Origin: Armatimonadota bacterium
GTDB taxonomy: Bacteria > Armatimonadota > HRBIN16
Direction of reading: 5' to 3'
NCBI GenBank assembly: GCA_963677485.1
Contig: OY781964.1
Span: 1,088,001 to 1,152,000 of the forward strand
DNA length: 64,000 nt
The notes under the pieces were generated by a model, which was given only the letters and a program-made list of their open reading frames with translations, did no database searches and was not told where the DNA came from. The stretch's first letter is position 1, and every line of letters begins with the position of its first letter. Made by a program: the position numbers and the translations under genes. Shown here piece after piece: positions 42,038 through 52,327 of this stretch.

Positions 42038-42462
42038 TGTGTTGCACGTGCCTCCTGTTAAGGTGGTTGTGGAGATTATAGTTAAGGGAGCGACCCTTAA
42101 CCGAAACACGACGGCAGTAATCGGCCGTCTTGGGCCAAGCAGCCTAAGCCACCCGACGTAATGCGAATACGTTTTCTTGCTATACACTCAATAGCAATAG
42201 GCCTTCGACCCGTATAGTGAAGCTGACAGCAACCTATAATAGCTAGATAAACAGGTCTACGCTTATCTAAAGTTTAGCATTCGCATACGAGCATGTCAAT
42301 ATGTTACCTCGATATTTCGGATATTTTCATGCTATTTAGTTGTTTATACCATAATGTACTGATAACAGGGAACAAATAACGGAATTCGGGGTTTGTCTCC
42401 TGACATCTGCTCCTGTCTCCTGCCTCCTGCCTCCACCGAAATAACAACAATAGGATATGTGA

Positions 42463-43110
42463 ATGCCGAAACCTAGACTTCGCATCCTTGTGGTCCGACA
42501 CGGGGAAACCGATTGGAACAAAAAACGGGTGTTTCAAGGCCAAACAGATACCCAGCTTAACCACGCTGGCCGAACTCAGGCCATCGCAGTGCAACAAGCA
42601 CTATCATCCCTCCAGCTTGCGGCCGTATATAGCAGCGACTTGAGCAGAGCCAGGGAAACCGCTGAGATCATCGCTCAACCGCATCACTTGGAAGTGCAGA
42701 CCGATCTGCGGCTTCGAGAGATAGGCTTTGGGGTCTTTGAGGGCAAATCTCATGAGCAGCTAATGGTCTCAGAATGGGCTGATCATTTCGCAAAATACAA
42801 ACAGGACCCCTTACGAAACCGTCCTCCGCAGGGAGAGCGGCCGGAGGAGGTGCTGGAGCGGGTGTCCACCTTTTATCGTGACCTCTGCACAAAACATCAA
42901 GCTGGTGAAACTGTGCTGGTAGCGGCGCATGGCGGGAGCTGTCGTATGTTGATATGTGCCGCCATGGAGGCTGCTGCCGAGTTAAACCGCCACATCCGGC
43001 TTGACAACTGCAGCATCAGCGAGCTTGAATATCACGATGGGTTCACCTGGGTCAATAGATTGAATGATACCCACCATCTGACCACCAGCCATGTCGCACC
43101 GGTGATCTAG
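42463..43110 (+). CDS. histidine phosphatase family protein (CobC/GpmB-like)
   Basis: RHGETDWN, SSDLSRA, LREIGFG, AHGG, NDTHHL. Confidence 0.9.
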   Translation: MPKPRLRILVVRHGETDWNKKRVFQGQTDTQLNHAGRTQAIAVQQALSSLQLAAVYSSDLSRARETAEIIAQPHHLEVQTDLRLREIGFGVFEGKSHEQLMVSEWADHFAKYKQDPLRNRPPQGERPEEVLERVSTFYRDLCTKHQAGETVLVAAHGGSCRMLICAAMEAAAELNRHIRLDNCSISELEYHDGFTWVNRLNDTHHLTTSHVAPVI

Positions 43111-43556
43111 GACGCGGGTATGTGCCTTCGCGTCTTCGCGTGACACATCCGGAGGGAGGCCAACCGGGAGATGGACGTTCCCAGGGTGTCCATTCGTGTC
43201 CATTTGTGTCCATTCGTGGTTGCTTAAATTGTCCATATCTGTGCCATCTGTGTAATCTGTGGATGAACCCTCCCCCTCCGCGTCCTCCGCGTCCTCCGCG
43301 TCTCCGCGTGACACATCCGGACGGGAGGCCAATCGGGAGATTGGCGTTCCCAGGGTGTCCATTCGTGGTTGCATTAAAATGACCCAATCTGCGTAATCTG
43401 TGTAATCTGTGTAATCTGTGGATAAACACTCCCTATTCGGCCCGATAAAACACCCGCGCGAACGGGTGAATGACATTCATCGTGCATCGTCGGGTATCCT
43501 TACTATATATGTGTCTCCGATATACCCATCAAACCCCATGAAGTGAGGTCTGTACA

Positions 43557-45005
43557 ATGTTTTTCACTGTCTGCCTGCCCGCTCTAGTAATCTGCCTGCC
43601 TGGTCTCGTGATAGCCGCAATCGCTGTCCGCAAAGATGGTCTTTCACGTGTGCTGCCTCACGGCTGGATCATCAGTGAATCTGCTGTGGCTCTGCTCATT
43701 GTGCTCTCACTGGCCACCAAAGGACCGGCATCCCCGGGCCAGGGACTTTGGGCTCCGCTGCTTCTGGGTGCGTTAGTGGGACGATTGATCACAAAACTGG
43801 CTCTCAATCTGAAGTCACCCAGCGTAGCCGCGAGCGCCATGTTGACTCTCCCAACCTTCGCTCTAGCCGCCCTTTGCCTGCTTCGGCCGGGCTACCCCAC
43901 GCCGGTGGTGCTGGGCTTCACCCTCGGTGCCCTGATCTGCATGGTGCCGATCGGTCTGCATACCGCCCCTGAAAGCTGGGAGCGGCGGCGCATCGAGATA
44001 TCGGCGATGGCATTGGTGCTTGGAGCCGCGGGCGTTTTACTGGGCATGGCCTACCACCCAAAACTGATTCCCGGTGATCCCGCCAGCCTTTTCTGGGGCT
44101 GGCCACTCATGCTGATCGCGCTTGGCGGAATGGCCATGCTGTTCAGCGACTCCCTGAAGGGGATGATCAGATGGAGTGCGGGGGTCACCCTGGTGGCCAC
44201 AGTGGCCTTCCAGCTAGTCAAAGGCAGTACGCTATCGCTCGCTGTTGGCATCGCGACCGCTCTGTTACCCATGCTTCTGTATTGCTGGCTCAATGAGGCT
44301 CAGAAGGGCCTCAGCCCGCGGCCGGTTCGCATCGACACCCCGGCTTTAGCGGGTGGACTGCTGGCGCTCGCTCTGGCTGCCATGGGATTCCGCGATGCCC
44401 GAGGGTATGGGCAGGTGATCGCGGCGGTTCCGCTGCTGATCGTGGCCACCCCCCTGCTGGCACGCTCCATCTCGGGAGCAGCCTTATTACAGCGTCTGCT
44501 TCACAGCATGGTTCTTGTGGTGGTGGCCTTAGCACTGATACGGGTGCCTTTACAGCAGATGCTGCTCTCAGAAAAGATGAACATGCAGTATTTCAATGAC
44601 CTGATCAGCCTGCTGATCGGCACATTCCTGATCACCGCGATGCCTGCCATCGACCTGGAACGCTGGGCGGAATCGGCGTTCGTCAGCCTGGTCACGGTGA
44701 CCATCTATCTCGCCACCCCGTTGGCGCTCATGCTGATCTGGGGTGACCGCGCGATGGTGGCCCTTCTTTCGGGCATGATCGTGGGTATGAGCTTCCGTGC
44801 GATGAAGCTGGAGTCGCTGGGCACATCGGTCGCCGTCTTCCTGGCCATCTTCAGTGCCGCGCTGTTTGGGCCCGTGCTCAGCTACCTGCCAGTCTCTCGA
44901 GGGGTCCAAATCGGATTGGTTGTGGCTATGGCGGTATGCCTGCTTGTGGCCCTTTGGCGCAGCCTGAGGGTGCCAGGAACAATCGGTGAGGAGGCTGCAA
45001 GATGA
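43557..45005 (+). CDS. polytopic membrane protein of unknown function
   Basis: Many hydrophobic segments; ATGA overlap with the A2M gene. Confidence 0.75.
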   Translation: MFFTVCLPALVICLPGLVIAAIAVRKDGLSRVLPHGWIISESAVALLIVLSLATKGPASPGQGLWAPLLLGALVGRLITKLALNLKSPSVAASAMLTLPTFALAALCLLRPGYPTPVVLGFTLGALICMVPIGLHTAPESWERRRIEISAMALVLGAAGVLLGMAYHPKLIPGDPASLFWGWPLMLIALGGMAMLFSDSLKGMIRWSAGVTLVATVAFQLVKGSTLSLAVGIATALLPMLLYCWLNEAQKGLSPRPVRIDTPALAGGLLALALAAMGFRDARGYGQVIAAVPLLIVATPLLARSISGAALLQRLLHSMVLVVVALALIRVPLQQMLLSEKMNMQYFNDLISLLIGTFLITAMPAIDLERWAESAFVSLVTVTIYLATPLALMLIWGDRAMVALLSGMIVGMSFRAMKLESLGTSVAVFLAIFSAALFGPVLSYLPVSRGVQIGLVVAMAVCLLVALWRSLRVPGTIGEEAAR

Positions 45006-48000
45006 ACCTTAGCCCCCTTGGCAAGCTACTCAGTCTGCTGCTGCTCATCTCATTCGCTGTCATCATGGCGGTGCTGGTGCAGAGTGAGCCCTCGCGCGGC
45101 AATCTAGACATCACCTTAATAGCCAGGGATACGAACGAACCGCTGGCTGATGCCAAGCTGATCATCTATTCCTCCAAAGACTACAGGCGTTTGGCCGCGA
45201 CCACCGACCAGCATGGCTGCTGCCGGTTCATCCGTATGTTACCCGACGACTATACGATGAATTTCGATGTCCAGGCAGGGTATGATGCTCCGACAGAGAA
45301 AGTCATTATTGAATCGGGCACAGAGAAGAGTTATACCTTCACCTTGAAACCGACGCAGCCAAACCTTTCTATCAGCAGTCCCAATGAGTGCTTCCTGCCG
45401 GACAAGAAGTTGCAACTGCGTATCAGCGGCATCACCGCAAAGCCTAAGGGCGAAATGGTGCTTTACCAACTGCAAGGCGATCTCCTGTACCAGTATTTGA
45501 AGCAAGGTCAGCGCATGAGCAATGTGCTGACAGAAGCGGCCAGGGGCTCTGACCCCTCCGCATCACCGTCATTAAAGGAGATCAGGCGCAGCAAGTTGCT
45601 TCTACACCAGCGAAGGGGTTCCGGAGCCGTCAACCAACGCCTGCCCATCGATGCTCTGGGTGCGGGCGTTTACCTGGTAGTGGCTAAAACGCCAGATGCC
45701 CGCAGCGCATTCATGATCACCGTGACACGCCTGGGCCTCGTCATGAAGCACGCACGCAACAGCCTGGTAGTATATTGCGTCGATCTGCAGAATGGCAAGC
45801 CTCTGCGTGATGTGGACATAGAGGTGCTGGACAACGGAAGCACACCCCCGCCCCATCTGCAGCCTATTGAGGGCACATCGAGGTCGGAGTTCGTCACCCC
45901 TCAGGACGTGCCGGTCGTCGCCTCTGGACAGAGTGACCGCAACGGGCTGTTTACAAAGTATTTGGCCCCGAGCAGCGAGCCCCGACGTTTTACCGTCAAC
46001 GCGTTTTATGAAGATCAGTTGGCGGTATGTACTCCCGATACCAGCATGGATGCCCCGCATGTCGATCCCACATTGCGTGGAAATGTGGTGTTTGACCGTC
46101 CCGTGTATCGGCCCGGTCAAAGGGTCTATTACAAGATGTTTGCGCGGCGAGTGGCGGATGGCCGCGGCACGTCCCCCGGCTCGCAGCCTGTCACGGTCAA
46201 AATCAGCGACTCGAACGATATGGAGATATGGAGCGGAACGAAAACACTGAGTGACTGGGGTACTCTGTCTGGCGATTTCGTGCTGCCAGAGTGGGCTCAG
46301 GCTGGAACTTACACCGTGGAGGTGCGGATGCGCGACGGCAGCTTCTCCAGCTCAATCGCAGTGTCCGAATACCGCAAACCGGAGATGACGGTGGCCTTGA
46401 TCCCACAGACGGAACGCGCGATTCAAGGGCAGCCGCTGACGGTGAAAGCTCAAGTGCGCAGCTTCTATGGCACTCCGATAGCCGGGGCAAAGGTGGATCT
46501 GTCATACAATGTGGAGCGTCAGGGGTTCTATGAGTTTGACAGGAACTCAAGCCTGTATCCAAGCGGCAATGATGGGTTGAATGAGACTCTCACCACCGAC
46601 GCCTCAGGTGACGCAGTTTTCAAGATAAGCACCGATGTCAGCTCCTTCTATTCATCAGGCACGCCTCCGAAGGCTGACTACGAGATGAGGCTTGGTGCCA
46701 GCGTGACCCAGGGTAACCAGATGGAGTTCGCCAGCAGCTCGGTGATGCTGGCCCAGGGCGAGTTTGATCTGCATGTAAATTGTGATCGGCTGTTCTGCGC
46801 CCGCAACGAGCCCATGGCTGCAGAAATCTCCGCACTGACACCGGATGGGAAGCCGATACTGGCTATGTCTGGTCAGGCCGAAATCATTCTCAACGAACTC
46901 ACAAATGACGGCCAGTCCCAGCCGAAGCTGCTTAATACGGTCAAGTGGGCGGCAGACAGCCGCGGTAAGGCGCAAATCAGCATCCCCACCAATAAACCGG
47001 GTGACATCATGCTGCGGGTCACCACCACAGATACCGAAGGTCGGCAAATCACATCCGAGCAGTGGCTTTATGTGCTGTCAAACGATGAAAACCTCTATGA
47101 ACCGTCTGTCACCCAACTTGAGGTGATGCTGGACAAACAGAAATACCTGCCTGGCGACACTGCCAGGGTGTTGGTGAAGGCCGCACCGTCCTGCCAGTAT
47201 GTGATGGCCACAGTCGAAGGGCGTGAGGTGAGTGACCCGCGCGTGATCGAGATGCATAACGGCGTCGGGAGCTTCACCCTGCCTGTCACCGCGGAGATGC
47301 TGCCCGGAGTGGTGATCGGTGCTGTGACGGTCGACAAGCAGCAGCTCATGCAGTCAAGCCAAAACCTGGTGGTTGACCGAAAGCAACAGACGATGCAGGT
47401 GACCGTCACCCCCACCAAGCCCGTCATGGCTCCTGGGGAGATGGCCAGCGTCCTGTTGCGGACAACGAACGCACAGGGTCAGCCGGTGCCGGCTGAGGTG
47501 TGCATCGGTGCCGTTGATGAGGCGATTTACAGCATCAGCGAAGACTACACCACTCCGATGGAGCAGGTGCTGTTCCCTGATGTCTACAGCGAGGTGAGCA
47601 CGACAAGCTCCTTCGACACCTACTACTACTCTGGTGACGGTAAGAGTGACCCCAACCGCCTTCGCCAGCGGTTCCGTGACACCGCCTACTGGAACCCGGC
47701 GGTGATGACAGACGAAAAAGGTGAGGCCACCATCAGCTTCCGGCTTCCCGATAACCTCACCACCTGGCGGCTGACCGCACGGGCCCTGTCTTACGACGCA
47801 CTGAGCGGACAAGGCGTGGGCCGGATCGAGGTGACTAAGAGCCTCATTACACGCCTGGACGCCCCTCGCTTTATGGTGCAGGGCGACACCGCGCGGCTGA
47901 TGGCTGTGGTTCAGAACAACAGTAAAGCGGCCATCAAGGCGAATCTGCGGGTGAATATCACCGGAGCCGCCAGCTATAGCAAGGATACCGAACTGTCCAT

Positions 48001-49642
48001 CAAGGCGGGTGAGGTGGGCATGATGCCAGTGGAACTGCGAGCTGACCGCAGCGGAGAACTCCGCATGGAGATATCGGCCACCGCCGGTGCCCATCATGAC
48101 GGCGTTCTGACCAGACTTGAGGTGATCCCTCGCGCGGTTTCCGAAGTTCAAGGCTTCAACCTTGGCCAAGGCAGCGCTGACCAGGTGACGCTCAAGCCGC
48201 CAGCGGGTTCCATTCTGCCTGACCATGCGCTCACTCTGAGGGTCAGCCCCAGCCTGGCAGGCAGCCTTACAGGTGGGCTTGAGTTCTTGAAAAACTATCC
48301 GTATGGGTGTGTGGAGCAGACCACCAGCTCCTTCCTGCCGGCTCTGGTGAGCCGCGATCTACAGCAAAAGATGGGTCTGCCTGAGGACCCGGAGCTAAAG
48401 CGCATCGGCATGATGGGGGTATCACGGCTCACCTCCCAAACCAGCGACTACACCTGGGGCTGGTGGGAATACGGCAGCAAGGATCCCTGGATGACGGCTT
48501 ATGCGCTGTTTGGGTTGATGGAGACCTACAAAGCCGGTTGGCATTTCAGTCGGCAAAACCCCACCGAATGGGGCGACGGACTGGTACAGCTCACAAATGA
48601 AAAAGGCTACGATGCCCGCGAAACACTGGTGGCGTATGTGCTGGCTTGTACCACCACCCACCGTGACCGCGCCAGGGAATTGCTTGATAAGCTGCCCTCG
48701 CTGAAGAAGCCACTGCCCGATGCCTCGCAGTGGGCCATCGCCTGCCTGGCTTACCTTGAACTGGGAGATAAGGCTAGAGCCCAGCAGGCTTTCGATTCGG
48801 CCAACAAGGCGTTACGGCGCGGCACGGACTGGAGCGGAAGCCGTGTGGAGGAGCTGGGCTGTATGCTCTGGGCTGGAAGCAATCTAGGCTTGCCGGTCAG
48901 CCAGATGCGGCCACTGCTTGATCAGCTCGCCATCGCGCGCAGAGGCGAGGGATGGTACAGCACCCGTGATACCGCCTTCGCGCTGATCGGGATCAGCCGA
49001 TACATGACGACCTATGAAGAGCTATCTGAGAACCGGGAAGCCACGATCAAGCTCAACGGGAAACAACTGTTCCAGAAGAGCTTCGGTCAGCAGGACCTCT
49101 TCCGTCCAGAGACGGTGTTCCAACCTGAGTCGCTCCGCTTAGCGGATGGTGTTGTAAAGCTGCAAGTGCAGCGGAAGGGCTCGGTTCACATCAGCGGATC
49201 GTTGAAGTATCTCAATACGCAGATGCAGCCCGAATCTATACCCGGCTTGAGCATCAAACGCAGCATCAAGCCCGTACAGGGTCAATCACTGCCTGGTGGA
49301 GTGTTGAAGCAGGGGCAGGTCTATCGCGTGACTATCCGCCTGACGGCGACAAAGACATTCCGCAACCTGATGGTGCAGTGTCCGGTGCCAGCCGGTTTGG
49401 AGCCAATAGACCGTGGGAAAATCACTAGCTGGGAGTGGGACAACTGGTGGGACACGCAGGTCACCGGTGAACGCGAGGTGGCGATGGCGGTTCGCTGGCT
49501 TGATAAGGGCACCCGCGAGATGAGCTTTGTGATGAAGGCCTCTACCTCCGGGCATTTCGACGCCTTGCCTGTGGTCGTCACCGATATGTATGAGCCGCAG
49601 ATACGGGCCACCACACCGGCCGATTGGGTGACCATCCGGTGA
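45002..49642 (+). CDS. alpha-2-macroglobulin family protein with intact thioester motif
   Basis: DRPVYRPG, EYRKPE, LRQRFRDTAYW..LPDNLTTW, YPYGCVEQ. Confidence 0.95.
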   Translation: MNLSPLGKLLSLLLLISFAVIMAVLVQSEPSRGNLDITLIARDTNEPLADAKLIIYSSKDYRRLAATTDQHGCCRFIRMLPDDYTMNFDVQAGYDAPTEKVIIESGTEKSYTFTLKPTQPNLSISSPNECFLPDKKLQLRISGITAKPKGEMVLYQLQGDLLYQYLKQGQRMSNVLTEAARGSDPSASPSLKEIRRSKLLLHQRRGSGAVNQRLPIDALGAGVYLVVAKTPDARSAFMITVTRLGLVMKHARNSLVVYCVDLQNGKPLRDVDIEVLDNGSTPPPHLQPIEGTSRSEFVTPQDVPVVASGQSDRNGLFTKYLAPSSEPRRFTVNAFYEDQLAVCTPDTSMDAPHVDPTLRGNVVFDRPVYRPGQRVYYKMFARRVADGRGTSPGSQPVTVKISDSNDMEIWSGTKTLSDWGTLSGDFVLPEWAQAGTYTVEVRMRDGSFSSSIAVSEYRKPEMTVALIPQTERAIQGQPLTVKAQVRSFYGTPIAGAKVDLSYNVERQGFYEFDRNSSLYPSGNDGLNETLTTDASGDAVFKISTDVSSFYSSGTPPKADYEMRLGASVTQGNQMEFASSSVMLAQGEFDLHVNCDRLFCARNEPMAAEISALTPDGKPILAMSGQAEIILNELTNDGQSQPKLLNTVKWAADSRGKAQISIPTNKPGDIMLRVTTTDTEGRQITSEQWLYVLSNDENLYEPSVTQLEVMLDKQKYLPGDTARVLVKAAPSCQYVMATVEGREVSDPRVIEMHNGVGSFTLPVTAEMLPGVVIGAVTVDKQQLMQSSQNLVVDRKQQTMQVTVTPTKPVMAPGEMASVLLRTTNAQGQPVPAEVCIGAVDEAIYSISEDYTTPMEQVLFPDVYSEVSTTSSFDTYYYSGDGKSDPNRLRQRFRDTAYWNPAVMTDEKGEATISFRLPDNLTTWRLTARALSYDALSGQGVGRIEVTKSLITRLDAPRFMVQGDTARLMAVVQNNSKAAIKANLRVNITGAASYSKDTELSIKAGEVGMMPVELRADRSGELRMEISATAGAHHDGVLTRLEVIPRAVSEVQGFNLGQGSADQVTLKPPAGSILPDHALTLRVSPSLAGSLTGGLEFLKNYPYGCVEQTTSSFLPALVSRDLQQKMGLPEDPELKRIGMMGVSRLTSQTSDYTWGWWEYGSKDPWMTAYALFGLMETYKAGWHFSRQNPTEWGDGLVQLTNEKGYDARETLVAYVLACTTTHRDRARELLDKLPSLKKPLPDASQWAIACLAYLELGDKARAQQAFDSANKALRRGTDWSGSRVEELGCMLWAGSNLGLPVSQMRPLLDQLAIARRGEGWYSTRDTAFALIGISRYMTTYEELSENREATIKLNGKQLFQKSFGQQDLFRPETVFQPESLRLADGVVKLQVQRKGSVHISGSLKYLNTQMQPESIPGLSIKRSIKPVQGQSLPGGVLKQGQVYRVTIRLTATKTFRNLMVQCPVPAGLEPIDRGKITSWEWDNWWDTQVTGEREVAMAVRWLDKGTREMSFVMKASTSGHFDALPVVVTDMYEPQIRATTPADWVTIR

Positions 49643-50415
49643 AATACCAAATTCCGATGGTGCTATCGGGCCTGTTGCTGGCGGGTGCATTGCTGGGCTG
49701 GGTGCTACATCCTGAGCCAGCAGCACCCACAGCCAGCGTGCTGGGGCAGTATTACACGCCGTTAACACAACGCACCGCAGGCCAGCGACTCAACTGCGTC
49801 AGGGCTGCCTCTGCACTGGAGGGCAAGCTGATACAACCGGGCGGCACGCTCTCCTTCAATCACACGGTGGGGCAATGGACGGCCTCACGCGGCTACGTTC
49901 AAGCCCCGGTAAGCTACGATGGGCAGATGGAGATCGACTGGGGAGGCGGCGTGTGCCAGACCAGCAGTGCGCTGTATAACGCCGCGCTGATAGCGGGTCT
50001 GGACATCGTGCAGCGGCACCCTCATAACTGGGCACCAACCTACGCACCGGTCGGCAGAGACGCGGCAGTGGCCCAACCCGGCGTCGACCTGGTGCTGCAT
50101 AACCCCCACCCTTACCCCGTGCGACTGCACTGCACCCAGCAACGCGATGGGCTGGTGATGCAGATACTTGGCAGGGAAGCCGGGCCGATGGCCAGTGTCA
50201 GCAGCGATGTGAGTGCCTGGGCCCAACCCAGCACGGTTCTTCGGTATAACCGGCACATCGCCACTGGCAGCCGGAAGGTGGTCAACAAAGGGATGCCCGG
50301 CCTGCGCGCATTTACCACGCGACGCTTCATCAAAGGCCCGCGGGCGGGCCAGACCGAGCGGCTGGGCCTGAGTGTGTACCCTGTCATGAACCGGCTGGTA
50401 CTTGAGGGTCGATAA
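49639..50415 (+). CDS. VanW family protein with C-terminal G5-like segment
   Basis: SFNHTVG, GGGVCQTSSALYNA, RHPH..YAPVGRDAAV; GTGA overlap with the A2M stop. Confidence 0.85.
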   Translation: MKYQIPMVLSGLLLAGALLGWVLHPEPAAPTASVLGQYYTPLTQRTAGQRLNCVRAASALEGKLIQPGGTLSFNHTVGQWTASRGYVQAPVSYDGQMEIDWGGGVCQTSSALYNAALIAGLDIVQRHPHNWAPTYAPVGRDAAVAQPGVDLVLHNPHPYPVRLHCTQQRDGLVMQILGREAGPMASVSSDVSAWAQPSTVLRYNRHIATGSRKVVNKGMPGLRAFTTRRFIKGPRAGQTERLGLSVYPVMNRLVLEGR

Positions 50416-50661
50416 GGGGTTTTTTTTCTCACGCGGAGACGCGGAGGTCGCGGAGGGGATTCAAACGCAAAGGGGTATCTCCTGGGCACGCCAATCGCCT
50501 GATTGGCCTCCCTTCCCATCCGAGCCCATCCGTGTCATCCGTGAAATCCGTGGTTCAGACAAATGACCGGTATATTCACATATCTTTGCTCTTTGCGTTG
50601 AATCCTATCCACCTACCCGTGGTTCAGATCTATAGCCCGCGCCGGTTCTGGGTGCCGGGGC

Positions 50662-51804
50662 CTACTTCACCTTCATCACCGCCGGTGTGGTGGTGATGTC
50701 CAGCCGGTTCAGCTTCGGGTCGTAGCTGCACTTCACGCTCGGCAGCGACTTCAACGCCTGCCAGGGCAGATAGAGTGTGCCCGCCTTCGCCACCACCTTC
50801 GCAGGCAGGGCGATCCGCTTGCCGTCCATAATGAAGGCCTTCTCGCCCGCCGTCGCGCTGAGTTTGTGGGTTTTCGTCAGCGCCTTTAACCAGCCGATGG
50901 GCACATCAGTGCTCTGTCCTGTGCGCAGCATTTGTCCGTCACACATCACGCGCAATCCCACTTGTTTGCCAAACGCCGGTTTCGATTCCCCAGTGCCTCC
51001 AAGCCATTGATCACGATCGTCAAACACGCTGCCGTCTACCGCGTTGACATAGACGTTATACCCTTCACCCCATTGGTCCTCCGGGTTAGCGGCCACTGTT
51101 TGCACCTCATAGAAGAACTTCCATACCGGCTGCCAAACACCAAAATTATCTGGTTGCTGAATGAGTAATTGGTTTTGGTAAATCGTAGAAAGCGAATAAG
51201 TGATGGGTTCAGAGTAAAGCCCTGTCAGGTAGTTCTGGGCGATTGACAGAGCTTGTTTCTTGGCGATTGACGTGCTGCCTGTGTAGGCCGGGGTGGCAAT
51301 CTTCATTCTGTGGAAAATATGAGGTATTCCGTCAGAATTTACTATAACCTCTATGGTGTTGTAGTAATCCAGGAGCTCACTTGTTTGTTTACGGTAATAC
51401 CAGCCAGGCGCAATCTTCTGATACTGGGTAAGCAATGGTGTTAAGGCATGGTTGTTCAGAAACTGGCTAACAACCGACTCATACTGCGGTTTTGTTGGTA
51501 ACATCATGTCCATATTTTTCGTTCGCGGGGATCTCCAGATGACGGTATTATCAACTGCATCAACTCTATAGTTTACTCCGCCTTGTGTCGTGTATTCATG
51601 ATACGGATTAGCTACGCAACCGCCAATTGAATCAAGTAACCTGTGATCAGTTACTGTCTCAACGAATTGCAGCTCAAGTGTTGGGTCCTTCTCAAATGCT
51701 CGGATGGCACGCTCTGCACCGGGAAATGGGGCACATAATCCACAAACGCCTATGACGGTCAGACATGATATGGTGAGCAATAGCTTTATGATCTTCATTC
51801 CCAT
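50662..51804 (-). CDS. secreted protein with a PepSY-like segment and a C-terminal stalk-like (copper amine oxidase N) domain
   Basis: Signal peptide; IAKKQALSIA..PVW..VYVNAVDGSV; LYLP..CSYDPKLNRLDIT. Confidence 0.6.
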   Translation of the reverse strand: MGMKIIKLLLTISCLTVIGVCGLCAPFPGAERAIRAFEKDPTLELQFVETVTDHRLLDSIGGCVANPYHEYTTQGGVNYRVDAVDNTVIWRSPRTKNMDMMLPTKPQYESVVSQFLNNHALTPLLTQYQKIAPGWYYRKQTSELLDYYNTIEVIVNSDGIPHIFHRMKIATPAYTGSTSIAKKQALSIAQNYLTGLYSEPITYSLSTIYQNQLLIQQPDNFGVWQPVWKFFYEVQTVAANPEDQWGEGYNVYVNAVDGSVFDDRDQWLGGTGESKPAFGKQVGLRVMCDGQMLRTGQSTDVPIGWLKALTKTHKLSATAGEKAFIMDGKRIALPAKVVAKAGTLYLPWQALKSLPSVKCSYDPKLNRLDITTTPAVMKVK

Positions 51805-52327
51805 TCCTCCTCGATTTAACCGGCTACCTGGCTTCAGATGCTGTCCATCACAGCTTGAAAACGCCCGCTATGTGCTCAGTGTACCCGATACGTTTTGCGA
51901 TTCAAGAGGTTTTGGGGACGAATTCTTGAAACGGATCTGGTTTTCTGGGTTTGGTGGGTGGGGGGATTCCAACGCAAAGGCGCAAGGGTGCAAAGACGCA
52001 AAGGGGGGAGCCGGTCCGGGAATGCCAATCGCATGATTGACCTCCCTCCCATCCGAACCCATCCATGTCATCCGTGGTTCAGACAAACCGGTGGAGCATG
52101 AACCTTAGCGCCATTGCCCCTTTGCGTCTTTGCGTTGGATCCCTCTGTGTCATCCGTGGTTCAAGCAACTACCGTGTCAAGTGACAACCACCGAAAAAAA
52201 GACCGGCGCGGTCTTGAGACATCCGCAGACGCTAACGTACCGCCAGACCGCCCCGGACATAGCCGATCAAGTTGTGAAGCGGTCAAGAACCCTTCGCGCC
52301 TTCGCGTCTTCGCGTGAGACTCCCCCC

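Noticed and set aside
49639-50415. Vancomycin resistance locus
   Set aside because: Only a VanW-domain gene is present, with no vanHAX or vanRS; the domain is widespread.
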